Translations under genes and position numbers: made by a program | Origin: a virus | Virus record (IMG/VR): IMGVR_UViG_3300030333_008372 | Coordinates: 7,777-71,776 of that record | Length of the DNA stretch: 64,000 nucleotides | Reading direction: 5' to 3' (one strand) | Shown here: one piece after another, positions 1-8,290 of the stretch | Layout: every line of letters starts with the position of its first letter | Numbering within the stretch: position 1 is the stretch's first letter | Notes under the pieces: model-generated | What the model was told of the DNA's origin: nothing | The model's database searches: none | The model's input: the letters and a program-made list of their open reading frames with translations, nothing else

Positions 1-948
1 GCAGATCTAACTCTTCTAGATCTTCCAGACGAACATAAATTTTATGTTGATCACTCTGGCGGTCAAGGAGCAGGTAAAGACCAAGAGAAAGGTCGTGCTG
101 CCTATGAAAGCCGTGATCAAGAAATCTTCAACAAAATGCGCCAGATCTTTGGTGAGAACATCGATAGAATTTTAGTTTGTGTCGGTGTTGCTGGTGGATC
201 TGGTGGTGGCTCTGTCCATACATTGGTTAACATCGCAAAAAGATATTTTACATATGTAGGAAAAGAGAACGCAAATGAGCGTGTTGGTGTTGTAGCTTCC
301 CTCCCCACAACTGGTGAGTCTGCTTCCCCAACTGTCGCAAAGAACGCATTCAATAGAATGACTGAACTTTGTGCTTCTGCTGAAAACGGTGAATTTGCCC
401 CCCTTGTTATTATTGATAACGATAAAATTAAAAAGCTTTATCCCAAGCTGACCGTTAAACAGTTCTGGCCCACTCTAAACAAGACTGTGGCTGGGCTTTT
501 CCACATTTTTAATGTTTTAGCAACAAAGAACTCTGATTATACAACTTTTGATCCTGCTGATTATGATACGATCATGAAGACAAAAGGATGTATGATTTTG
601 GGTGCGACAACAGTTAAAGATCCAGAGGACGAAACTTCTGTATCAAATGCACTTAAACAAAACTTGGAAAAAACACTTCTTGCCGGAGGGTTTGATTTAA
701 CAACAGCAGAAGGCGCAGCCAGTATTGTTGTTGGTGGATCTGAGCTTTATGAAAATGTTGCTGGTCTTATGGATGCAATTGAATATGGTTTTGACACGCT
801 AGCTGCCATTACAGGTGGGGCGGTTGTACATAGAGGCATTTATGAAGATCCTAAAAAACAAAAGCTTGTTGCTTATACAATGGTTGGTGGATTAAATGCA
901 CCACAAAAAAGATTAGACGATCTTAAAAAATTTCTAAATGTAAAATAA
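1..948 (+). CDS. FtsZ/tubulin-family GTPase (5'-truncated; frame is open from base 1)
   Basis: Upstream in-frame translation gives GQGAGKDQEKG (T3-loop-like); signature GVAGGSGGGS; IIDNDKI; T7-like TFDPADYDTIM. Confidence 0.85.
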   Translation, partial: ADLTLLDLPDEHKFYVDHSGGQGAGKDQEKGRAAYESRDQEIFNKMRQIFGENIDRILVCVGVAGGSGGGSVHTLVNIAKRYFTYVGKENANERVGVVASLPTTGESASPTVAKNAFNRMTELCASAENGEFAPLVIIDNDKIKKLYPKLTVKQFWPTLNKTVAGLFHIFNVLATKNSDYTTFDPADYDTIMKTKGCMILGATTVKDPEDETSVSNALKQNLEKTLLAGGFDLTTAEGAASIVVGGSELYENVAGLMDAIEYGFDTLAAITGGAVVHRGIYEDPKKQKLVAYTMVGGLNAPQKRLDDLKKFLNVK

Positions 949-963
949 AATTAATAGGCTGAT

Positions 964-1770
964 ATGAAAAATGAAAATATCGAGGAATCTCAATTACAAA
1001 GATTACAAGACACTATAACACTAGAATTGTCACAAATAACTAATGAAATTAAAGGCGATAAAACTGTAACTCATGTTAAGCCTGTAGTGGGACCTGAACT
1101 CGCAATTCAACTTTTCATGCCTAACAATCTTTATAAAGCAAAAAGATTCTATAAAATAAGACCATCTTGGTGTGAAAATACAGTGTCAATGGCTAGGAAT
1201 CCATCATATTATCAATATTGTATTGATCATATTGAAATTAAAAATGGTCTATGGGCTGAATTTGGTGTTAAATTTGGAAAAAGCGCAAAGATAATCAGCA
1301 AGATTAAAAATGATAAATACTCGCATATTGATACGCCGTATTTTGGTTTTGATTCATTCGAAGGATTACCAGAAGATACTGAATGGGGACGGAAAGGAAG
1401 GTTGACTACAAAAGGTAATGTTCCTAATATTCCCGGCTGTAAGTTTTATAAAGGATGGTTTAAAGACACTATACCAGAATTTAACAAAGAATATTCGGAT
1501 CCTTTAGCTTTTTTACACGTTGATTGTGACATTTATAGTTCAACAGTTGAAGTCTTAGAGGGTATGAAAGACAAAATTATTTCAGGAACTGTAATTTGTT
1601 TTGATGATATGTTATCTTATTCTCAGGGTAGAAAGATATGGGCTGGTCAAGATCACGAATTTAAGGCTTTTATAGAATTTGTTGAAAAATATAATGTCGA
1701 ATATGAATGGATTGCAAGTGTTCCAAATGCTAGCCAAGTTGCTTGCAAAATAAAAAGCATTGATATATAA
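964..1770 (+). CDS. TylF/MycF-family SAM-dependent O-methyltransferase
   Basis: EFGVKFGKS, GFDSFEGLP, KGWFKDTIP, AFLHVDCDIYSST, FDD motifs. Confidence 0.85.
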   Translation: MKNENIEESQLQRLQDTITLELSQITNEIKGDKTVTHVKPVVGPELAIQLFMPNNLYKAKRFYKIRPSWCENTVSMARNPSYYQYCIDHIEIKNGLWAEFGVKFGKSAKIISKIKNDKYSHIDTPYFGFDSFEGLPEDTEWGRKGRLTTKGNVPNIPGCKFYKGWFKDTIPEFNKEYSDPLAFLHVDCDIYSSTVEVLEGMKDKIISGTVICFDDMLSYSQGRKIWAGQDHEFKAFIEFVEKYNVEYEWIASVPNASQVACKIKSIDI

Positions 1771-1780
1771 TGAGGTAATT

Positions 1781-1990
1781 ATGAGTGAAGAGTTAAAAGG
1801 AAAACCTTGGAAAGTAGTTGGTAAATTTAAAACTTTTAAAGAAGCTGACGCTGAAAGAAAAACTTTTCTTAATGAAGAAAATCTACAAGTCAAAGTGAAA
1901 AAGCTGTCCGATCTAAACGAACAGCCTTTTGTTGTAAAGACACGAAGCACAGTTGTAGCCCCGCCTAAAAAGAAAAAAGGTAAAAAATGA
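1781..1990 (+). CDS. Small basic hypothetical protein
   Basis: ATG at 1781 after GAGG Shine-Dalgarno; stop overlaps the next start. Confidence 0.65.
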   Translation: MSEELKGKPWKVVGKFKTFKEADAERKTFLNEENLQVKVKKLSDLNEQPFVVKTRSTVVAPPKKKKGKK

Positions 1991-2427
1991 GTTGGAGAGA
2001 TTTTGTCCAAAACAATAAAAAGTATTGGATGGAATATCTTGCTGGCTTAGTTTATTTTATTTTATTGCTATTGATGATTATGGGCGTTGCCTTGTTAATT
2101 GTGCATTTTTCTGGTAACATGCCAGAAGCACAAGGTCAAGATGCCTCTATCACGAGAAAAAATTCTAATGTTTGGGTAAATGAGTGTAAAACCTGTCACC
2201 CATCCTACCAAGAACTAGCTAAACAAACTGGAATTCAAACAGAACAGTATTATTTTAATTTTGTTTTTAGTCACAAAAATAAAGATGGTAAAGAGTTTAG
2301 AACTATTTTATCAAAAAGTGAAATTAACTTTGTTGCTAGGTTTATTTTAATAGCTGCCTATTTGGATAAATTAGAGGCTGATATGCGTAAAGCTGGACTC
2401 CATTTGCAAAAAAATATTAAATTATAA
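1987..2427 (+). CDS. Membrane-anchored c-type cytochrome-like protein
   Basis: N-terminal hydrophobic helix, CKTCH heme-attachment motif (2185-2199), C-terminal LSKSEINFVARFI resembling the class I cytochrome c terminal helix. Confidence 0.65.
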   Translation: MSWRDFVQNNKKYWMEYLAGLVYFILLLLMIMGVALLIVHFSGNMPEAQGQDASITRKNSNVWVNECKTCHPSYQELAKQTGIQTEQYYFNFVFSHKNKDGKEFRTILSKSEINFVARFILIAAYLDKLEADMRKAGLHLQKNIKL

Positions 2428-2501
<74 letters not shown>

Positions 2502-2531
2502 CTACATATTATATACAGAGGTAAAGCGATT

Positions 2532-3158
2532 ATGAACGAATATTGGAATACAAAAGCAAAAGATAAATCAGATAGCCCAGAGGGACCATTAATGATGGCT
2601 GGTTCTGGTGATGATAGCAAAGTTTCTGCTGAGTATAATAATATTTATTTTTATTCTGGTGTAACTCGTCAAGATAATCTTCAGTTAAACAAGCTTCTTC
2701 TTTCTACAGGTCAGAGGATGGAAAGTGTAAAAACTTGTTATAATCTAGAGGAAACACCAAAAGTATATTTGCACATTAATTCTTACGGCGGCTCTGTATT
2801 TGCTGGCTTTTCATCCGTTGATTATATCAAAAACTCTGTTGTTCCAGTCGTATCGATCATTGATGGTTGTGCTGCATCTGCTGCAACTATTATGAGCGTT
2901 GTTGCTCATGAGCGTCTTATTCACGAGCACTCTTTTATGCTAATTCACCAGCTATCATCTGGTATGTGGGGAAAGTATGAAGCTATGAAAGATGATATGA
3001 AGAACAATGAATTGTTAATGAAAAAAATTATTAACGTTTATCAGGAAAATACAAAAATCCCTAAATCAAAAATTTCAGATATTCTTAAAAGAGATTTATG
3101 GTGGGACGCCAAAACTTGTTTAAAGTATGGTCTTGTTGATGATATCATCACACAATGA
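2532..3158 (+). CDS. clpP: ClpP-family protease (peptidase S14)
   Basis: LHINSYGGSV, CAASAATI (catalytic Ser), FMLIHQ (catalytic His), RDLWWDA, YGLVDDII. Confidence 0.9.
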   Translation: MNEYWNTKAKDKSDSPEGPLMMAGSGDDSKVSAEYNNIYFYSGVTRQDNLQLNKLLLSTGQRMESVKTCYNLEETPKVYLHINSYGGSVFAGFSSVDYIKNSVVPVVSIIDGCAASAATIMSVVAHERLIHEHSFMLIHQLSSGMWGKYEAMKDDMKNNELLMKKIINVYQENTKIPKSKISDILKRDLWWDAKTCLKYGLVDDIITQ

Positions 3159-3673
3159 ACATTAACGACAACAAGGTTTCAATATTAATTAGTGGTGCCT
3201 TCGACCCCCTTCATTTAGGACATTTGCTCCTACTAAAACACGCACAAGCATATGGAAATGTAATAGTTGCTCTTAATAGTGATGAGTGGCTTAAGAAAAA
3301 AAGAGGCTATGTTCTTCTTGATTTTGATACAAGAAGGATGCTTTTAGAAGATCTACCATATGTCCACAAGGTTGTTTCTTTTGATGATACTGATGGTAGT
3401 GTGTGTAAAGCACTCGAAGAAGTAAAGCCAACTTTTTTTGGTAATGGCGGAAGTGCAACTAATGTTACAATTCCACAATCCGAATTAAATGTCTGTAAAA
3501 AACACGATATTATCCCTATCTTTGGTTTAGGTGAGAATATCGATATCATAGAAAAAAAATATCTTTTACTTGTTCAAGATGGAATATTAAGATTTACTGT
3601 TGATGAGCTTGATAAAATGGATAAGTTTAGAAAATTAAGCAATAAGATATTAGATGAAGAGTTAGGAATATAA
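3155..3673 (+). CDS. Cytidylyltransferase-like nucleotidyltransferase (HIGH superfamily, TagD/RfaE-like), copy 1
   Basis: SGAFDPLHLGH, VALNSDEWL, FGNGG. Confidence 0.85.
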   Translation: MNINDNKVSILISGAFDPLHLGHLLLLKHAQAYGNVIVALNSDEWLKKKRGYVLLDFDTRRMLLEDLPYVHKVVSFDDTDGSVCKALEEVKPTFFGNGGSATNVTIPQSELNVCKKHDIIPIFGLGENIDIIEKKYLLLVQDGILRFTVDELDKMDKFRKLSNKILDEELGI

Positions 3674-3685
3674 TTTATTTTTTTA

Positions 3686-3714
3686 TTGACTTTTTAAAAA
3701 AAATATTTTATATT
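3686..3714 (+). promoter_or_regulatory. Sigma70-type promoter upstream of tRNA-Leu
   Basis: TTGACT-N17-TATATT, ending 9 nt before the tRNA. Confidence 0.7.
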
Positions 3715-3723
3715 GTTTAATAT

Positions 3724-3809
3724 GTCGGGGTGGTGGAATAGGTAGACACGACAGACTTAAAATCTGTTGCTCTTTGAGCGTGGGGGTTCAAGTCCCCCTC
3801 CCGATACCA
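3724..3809 (+). tRNA. tRNA-Leu (anticodon UAA), CCA encoded
   Basis: Acceptor GTCGGGG/TCCCGAT-A-CCA, anticodon arm ACAGA-CT TAA AA-TCTGT, long variable arm, T-arm GGGGG-TTCAAGT-CCCCC. Confidence 0.96.
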
Positions 3810-3821
3810 CACGGAGGAAAA

Positions 3822-4271
3822 ATGAGTAAAAAGTATGATATTGTTGTTTTAAGTGGTGGATTTGATCCACCTCACATTGGTCACGCTCGTATGATTAGAG
3901 GTGCCGCAGACATTGCTGAAAATGTTATTGTTGGGGTAAATTCTGATGAATGGCTAGAAAATAAAAAAGGCTACATTTTTATGCCTTGGGAAGAGCGAGC
4001 AGAGCTTGTTAGTTATTTTAAAGGAGTAACAGAAGCTGTTGCTTTTAATGATGATGACGGCACTGCTTGTGATTTAATTGAAAAAGTCAGAAAGCAGTTT
4101 CCAGATAAAACAATTGCTTTTGGAAACGGTGGCGACAGGGTAACAGACAATGTTCCCGAGGTTTTGGTAGCCACACAGTCAAACGTTGATTTGGTTTGGA
4201 ATTTGGGTGGAGGCAAGATTCAAAGTTCAAGCGACTTAGTTAAAAATGCTAATCAGCAGGTTGCTGTTTAG
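3822..4271 (+). CDS. Cytidylyltransferase-like nucleotidyltransferase (HIGH superfamily), copy 2
   Basis: SGGFDPPHIGH, GVNSDEWL, FGNGGDR, GGGKIQSSS; ATG 3822 after GGAGG (the ORF-track start at 3774 lies inside the tRNA). Confidence 0.88.
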   Translation: MSKKYDIVVLSGGFDPPHIGHARMIRGAADIAENVIVGVNSDEWLENKKGYIFMPWEERAELVSYFKGVTEAVAFNDDDGTACDLIEKVRKQFPDKTIAFGNGGDRVTDNVPEVLVATQSNVDLVWNLGGGKIQSSSDLVKNANQQVAV

Positions 4272-5016
4272 GTTCGATAGCTAACTTCTTTTGCAATTCA
4301 AAATTATAAATCTTTTTTGATTGCGTAATAAATTTTCTTAAATTCTCAAACTCAGGAGAAACAGTTATCATAGGAAACCTTATGTTAACTGAGTGTATCA
4401 TACCAATTAGCTCCCCTTTTGAATTAACAATAGGGGAGCCAGAGGAACCCCCCGCCGCAGGTATGGTATACATTGCCCTATGTGGCGTATCATTTCCCAT
4501 ATAGTATCCATCTAAAAGAGGAACCATATTTTTGTTCATAATTCCGACAGGAGCAGCGACATTATATGCTTTTGTTCCTTCAATTAATTTTCCTTCATAT
4601 ACAGGAGTTACTGGAAGGTCGATACCTTCAATAGCTAATATACAAGCATCTAAATCATAATCTAGATTTACGATACTAGCATCATATTCTTTTAGGGACA
4701 TATCGACAACAGATAATTCAAATCCTTTTATTGACGGATCTAGTCTTTCTTCCATTGAATCACATACATGAGCAGCAGTTAAAACGAGACCACCCAAGCT
4801 ACCTTTTGATACCAAAGCACCAGATCCAGTGCTTCTTGCAATACTAGGCATACAAATGCTTTCTTCCTTTTCAGGGTCTTGCTTGCAGCGCATAATATAG
4901 GAAATTCTTTTAACTTTTACGAAACTATCAATAGTGTGTGTTGGAAAATGGTCGGTCTTCACACAAGATGTGCTAAATAAGAGAGCAACAAAAAGAGTGG
5001 TTAATAATTTGTTCAT
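4249..5016 (-). CDS. Trypsin-like (S1) serine protease with probable lipoprotein signal peptide
   Basis: LTAAHVC (His), DLDACIL (Asp), GGSSGSP (Ser); N-terminal MNKLLTTLFVALLFSTSC lipobox-like. Confidence 0.88.
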   Translation of the reverse strand: MNKLLTTLFVALLFSTSCVKTDHFPTHTIDSFVKVKRISYIMRCKQDPEKEESICMPSIARSTGSGALVSKGSLGGLVLTAAHVCDSMEERLDPSIKGFELSVVDMSLKEYDASIVNLDYDLDACILAIEGIDLPVTPVYEGKLIEGTKAYNVAAPVGIMNKNMVPLLDGYYMGNDTPHRAMYTIPAAGGSSGSPIVNSKGELIGMIHSVNIRFPMITVSPEFENLRKFITQSKKIYNFELQKKLAIEPKQQPAD

Positions 5017-5021
5017 CAATA

Positions 5022-5038
5022 TAAATAGGGACTAATTA
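5022..5038. promoter_or_regulatory. Back-to-back putative phage promoter motifs (CTATTTA on -, ACTAATTA on +)
   Basis: Same motif as upstream of structural genes; one copy faces the protease, the other faces phoH. Confidence 0.45.
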
Positions 5039-5065
5039 ATAATGTAGACAAAAATAGGATATTTA

Positions 5066-6385
5066 ATGGCTAAACAAATTTACGTTCTTGATACAAGCGC
5101 CTGCCTTACAGATGGATCTGCAATTAAATCTTTCGGCAACAACGATGTCGTCCTTCCTTTAAAAGTTCTTGATGAAATAGACGCACAGAAAAAAAGACAA
5201 GATGGCGTTGGTACCAACGCTAGGTTTATTATTAGGCATTTAGATAATCTAAGAGAGGAAGGAAACCTTAATAAGGGTGTTCGTATTGCAAAAGGAAAAG
5301 GCATCCTTTCTGTAAAAAACTACGACCCATCAGTTATCCCAGACGACTTAAATCTTAATTCACCAGACAATCAAATCATTGCTACGGCTTTGACTGAAAA
5401 GAAAAACAATCCCAGAAAAAAAGTTATTGTTGTAACCAAAGATATTAATATGCGTGTTAAATGTGATGCGCTTGGTGTTTTGAGTGAGGACTATCAAGGT
5501 CATGACATTGTTAAAGATCCAGATGAATTATTTGTAGGCATCACAGACTGTCTTGTAGATGATGAGTTAATCGATCAATTCTACGCTGGTGAAGAAGTAT
5601 ATCTACCAGAAGAATTAGAAAAAAATTTAAAGCCAAATGAGTTTGTGATGTTGGTATCAACTGCAAATAATAAAAAAACTGCCCTTACACAATTTGTTAG
5701 ACAAGATGCACCCCTCAAAAAAATTATGCAATATGATAACATTTGGGGAGTAAAGCCAAGAAATAAAGAACAAACGTTTGCTTTTAGTTTATTAATGAAC
5801 CCAGACGTTCCAATTGTATCTCTTATTGGAAAAGCTGGAACAGGAAAAACCCTTTTAGCTATTGCTGCCGGTTTAGAGCAGATAATGGGTGGGCAAGATT
5901 ATGAGAGATATAAAAAATTAATTGTTTCTCGACCTGTTCAACCTCTTGGGAAAGATATTGGTTTCTTGCCCGGAACACTTGAAGAGAAGATGCTACCTTG
6001 GTTAGCACCAATTCAAGACAATCTTGAATTCTTAATGGGCAATGATAAAAATGCACTTTTAGATCATATGGAACGTGGCGTAGTAGAGATTGAAGCTCTT
6101 ACTTATATCCGTGGTAGATCAATCTCAAATGCGTTTATTATTATTGACGAAGCGCAAAACTTATCTGGGCACGAACTTAAAACTATTCTTACTCGTGTTG
6201 GCGAGGGAACAAAAATTATTCTTACCGGAGATATTGAACAAATCGATAATATCTACATTGATGAGAAAACTAACGGTCTTACATATGCCGTAGAAAAATT
6301 TAAAGACTACGATCTTGCAGGTCATATCACGCTACAGAAAGGCGAACGTTCTAAAGTCGCCAGCTTATCAGCAAAAATCTTATAA
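5066..6385 (+). CDS. phoH: PIN-domain PhoH-family ATPase
   Basis: N-terminal PIN (YVLDTS, DNQII, VTKDINMRVK); Walker A GKAGTGKT; GFLPG, IRGRS, IIDEAQN, GDIEQID. Confidence 0.93.
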   Translation: MAKQIYVLDTSACLTDGSAIKSFGNNDVVLPLKVLDEIDAQKKRQDGVGTNARFIIRHLDNLREEGNLNKGVRIAKGKGILSVKNYDPSVIPDDLNLNSPDNQIIATALTEKKNNPRKKVIVVTKDINMRVKCDALGVLSEDYQGHDIVKDPDELFVGITDCLVDDELIDQFYAGEEVYLPEELEKNLKPNEFVMLVSTANNKKTALTQFVRQDAPLKKIMQYDNIWGVKPRNKEQTFAFSLLMNPDVPIVSLIGKAGTGKTLLAIAAGLEQIMGGQDYERYKKLIVSRPVQPLGKDIGFLPGTLEEKMLPWLAPIQDNLEFLMGNDKNALLDHMERGVVEIEALTYIRGRSISNAFIIIDEAQNLSGHELKTILTRVGEGTKIILTGDIEQIDNIYIDEKTNGLTYAVEKFKDYDLAGHITLQKGERSKVASLSAKIL

Positions 6386-6390
6386 TCTAT

Positions 6391-6419
6391 TTGACATCTT
6401 GTAAACATTGTAATATACT
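6391..6419 (+). promoter_or_regulatory. Sigma70-type promoter upstream of tRNA-Ile2
   Basis: TTGACA-N17-TATACT, near-consensus. Confidence 0.8.
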
Positions 6420-6431
6420 TATGTTATATTT

Positions 6432-6508
6432 GGACCTCTAGCTCAGTTGGTTAGAGCACACCGCTCATAACGGTTAGGTCCTCGGTTCGAGTCCGAGGGG
6501 GTCCACCA
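6432..6508 (+). tRNA. tRNA with CAU anticodon, most likely tRNA-Ile2 (lysidine; reads AUA)
   Basis: GGACCTC/GGGGTCC-A-CCA acceptor, CT CAT AA loop; body resembles bacterial Ile2 tRNAs; paired 1:72 and no triple G-C anticodon stem, so not an initiator. Confidence 0.9.
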
Positions 6509-6520
6509 TAGGAGATTAAA

Positions 6521-6847
6521 ATGGAAGTAGATAAAGATTTATTAGAAGGCAACCCTGTTCTTAAACAAAGTGTTGAAACAGACACGGAATTAAAAGAGTG
6601 GTTGGTTAATTATGTTGGTGAAAAGAAACAACCAGAGGATGGCAATGTTACAGTTGAAATGACACTTGATGTTGTGGCTCGTGAGTTTCCAGAGTTTGTT
6701 CTTTCTTTGGCTGAAGAAAATTTTATTCGTGGGTATTACCAAGCCATGATGGATGTTGAAGAACAAAATAAGCTAACTGAACAAAAGCCAAAAAAGAAAA
6801 CTACCCGCCGTAAAAAGAAAACAACAAAGAAAAAAGATGGTAAGTAA
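6521..6847 (+). CDS. Hypothetical protein with basic C-terminal tail
   Basis: AGGAG Shine-Dalgarno, 108-aa ORF in operon. Confidence 0.7.
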   Translation: MEVDKDLLEGNPVLKQSVETDTELKEWLVNYVGEKKQPEDGNVTVEMTLDVVAREFPEFVLSLAEENFIRGYYQAMMDVEEQNKLTEQKPKKKTTRRKKKTTKKKDGK

Positions 6848-7520
6848 ATTTTTAAAATTTCTAACTGAATCGAAAAAGAGGTCTAGACGATTGGGAGAAA
6901 GATATGTTTTAAATAATATACCCCTTATTGTCAAAGACCCTTTTGTAATTGATATTAATGTAGAAACAGTTTTTGATAGGGTTTCCAAATTGGTTCCTAC
7001 AAAATTTTTCTCTTTTATTGATGCGATATATGTTGGAGATTTTGATATTATGCGTGAAAGAGAAATAAATGCGATGTATAAAGACGGAACCATTTATGTC
7101 TCAAATTATCAATCAGATGAAGAAGATATGGTTGATGATATTATTCACGAGATAGCCCATGCTGTTGAAGATAATTATATGATGCAGATCTACGGAGATA
7201 ATCAGATCGAAGTAGAATTTCTTTCCAAAAGAGCCACACTTAAAAAAAGATTAGAACTTGAAGGTTTTGACATTAGAGGATTAAACTTCTTAAACCCAGA
7301 ACTTGATATGCAATTCGATGAGTTCTTGCATAAAGACGTGGGATATGCTACACTAACTTCAATAACTAATGATTTGTTTTATAGTCCCTATGGAGCAACA
7401 TCATTAAGAGAATATTTTGCTAATGGTTTTGAGTGTTATTTTCATAAAAGAGATCACCAATTTCTACAGAAAGTATCACCGGCAATTTATTTTAAACTTG
7501 AGAACTTAATGGAGCTATAA
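6837..7520 (+). CDS. Putative zinc metallopeptidase-like protein (HEXXH)
   Basis: IIHEIAHAVE plus downstream SLREYFANGF as a likely third-ligand helix. Confidence 0.65.
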   Translation: MVSKFLKFLTESKKRSRRLGERYVLNNIPLIVKDPFVIDINVETVFDRVSKLVPTKFFSFIDAIYVGDFDIMREREINAMYKDGTIYVSNYQSDEEDMVDDIIHEIAHAVEDNYMMQIYGDNQIEVEFLSKRATLKKRLELEGFDIRGLNFLNPELDMQFDEFLHKDVGYATLTSITNDLFYSPYGATSLREYFANGFECYFHKRDHQFLQKVSPAIYFKLENLMEL

Positions 7521-8290
7521 TGCTTAAGCCACATATTTCTTTTTCAGAGCTTAAAGACTGGAACTTCTGCCCTTACTACCATAACCAAGTCCATTTTCAG
7601 AAAGTAAAAGGTTTCCGTGGTAATGTATTTACTGCTTTTGGAAATGCTATTCACGATACCTGTGAGAAAACACTCACAGAAGATCTTAAAGATCCTTATG
7701 GGTTTTTTGCTGATCGATTTGTGAATGTTCTTAATGAGCTTAAAGCAGATGGTATTGAGATAGACGAAAGTCTTGTAGAGAAAATGGAAACACAAGCAGT
7801 GCCCCTAATTGAAAATGTTTTACCAGCACTTAAACATTATTTTGGTAAATATGAGGTACACGCCGCTGAAGAAGCTCTTTACGAAGATATTGAAGATGCC
7901 CCACAAAAATACAAAGGATATATCGATCTTGTATTAAAGACACCAGATGGTAAATATCATATTATAGATTGGAAGACTTGTTCTTGGGGTTGGGATATGC
8001 GTCGTAGAAGTGATCCAATGACGACTTACCAACTTACTTTTTATAAACATTTCTGGGCTAAAAAGCACGGTGTGGATATTGATAAGATTGAAACACATTT
8101 TGCTCTTATGAAAAGAACTGCAAAGAAAAATCACATCGAAATATTTCGTGTCACAAGTGGAAATAAAAAAATGTCTAATGCTCTTAACTTTATGAATAAG
8201 GCTCTATATAATATCAATCGTGGTATGAAAATTAAGAATCGTTTATCTTGTAAGAGATGCGATCTATACAAAACGGAACACTGTAAATGA
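7520..8290 (+). CDS. Cas4/RecB-like PD-(D/E)XK exonuclease with Fe-S cysteines
   Basis: N-terminal FCP, GNAIH, GYIDLV, IIDWKT, YQLTFY, C-terminal CKRCDLYKTEHC. Confidence 0.85.
   Translation: MLKPHISFSELKDWNFCPYYHNQVHFQKVKGFRGNVFTAFGNAIHDTCEKTLTEDLKDPYGFFADRFVNVLNELKADGIEIDESLVEKMETQAVPLIENVLPALKHYFGKYEVHAAEEALYEDIEDAPQKYKGYIDLVLKTPDGKYHIIDWKTCSWGWDMRRRSDPMTTYQLTFYKHFWAKKHGVDIDKIETHFALMKRTAKKNHIEIFRVTSGNKKMSNALNFMNKALYNINRGMKIKNRLSCKRCDLYKTEHCK

Noticed and set aside
1-948. Interpreting the tubulin homolog as proof of a nucleus-forming phiKZ-like phage
   Set aside because: No chimallin or phage multisubunit RNAP genes in the window; sigma70 promoters, a sigma factor and T4-like baseplate genes point elsewhere
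5020-5027. Exact T4 late promoter TATAAATA on the + strand
   Set aside because: A single intergenic occurrence, better explained as the reverse complement of the recurrent CTATTTA motif; not seen upstream of the structural genes
6432-6508. Calling the CAU tRNA initiator or elongator Met
   Set aside because: It lacks initiator hallmarks and the body resembles Ile2; Met cannot be fully excluded without isotype models
7520-8290. CRISPR-Cas locus suggested by the Cas4-like gene
   Set aside because: No repeat-spacer array and no other cas genes in the window
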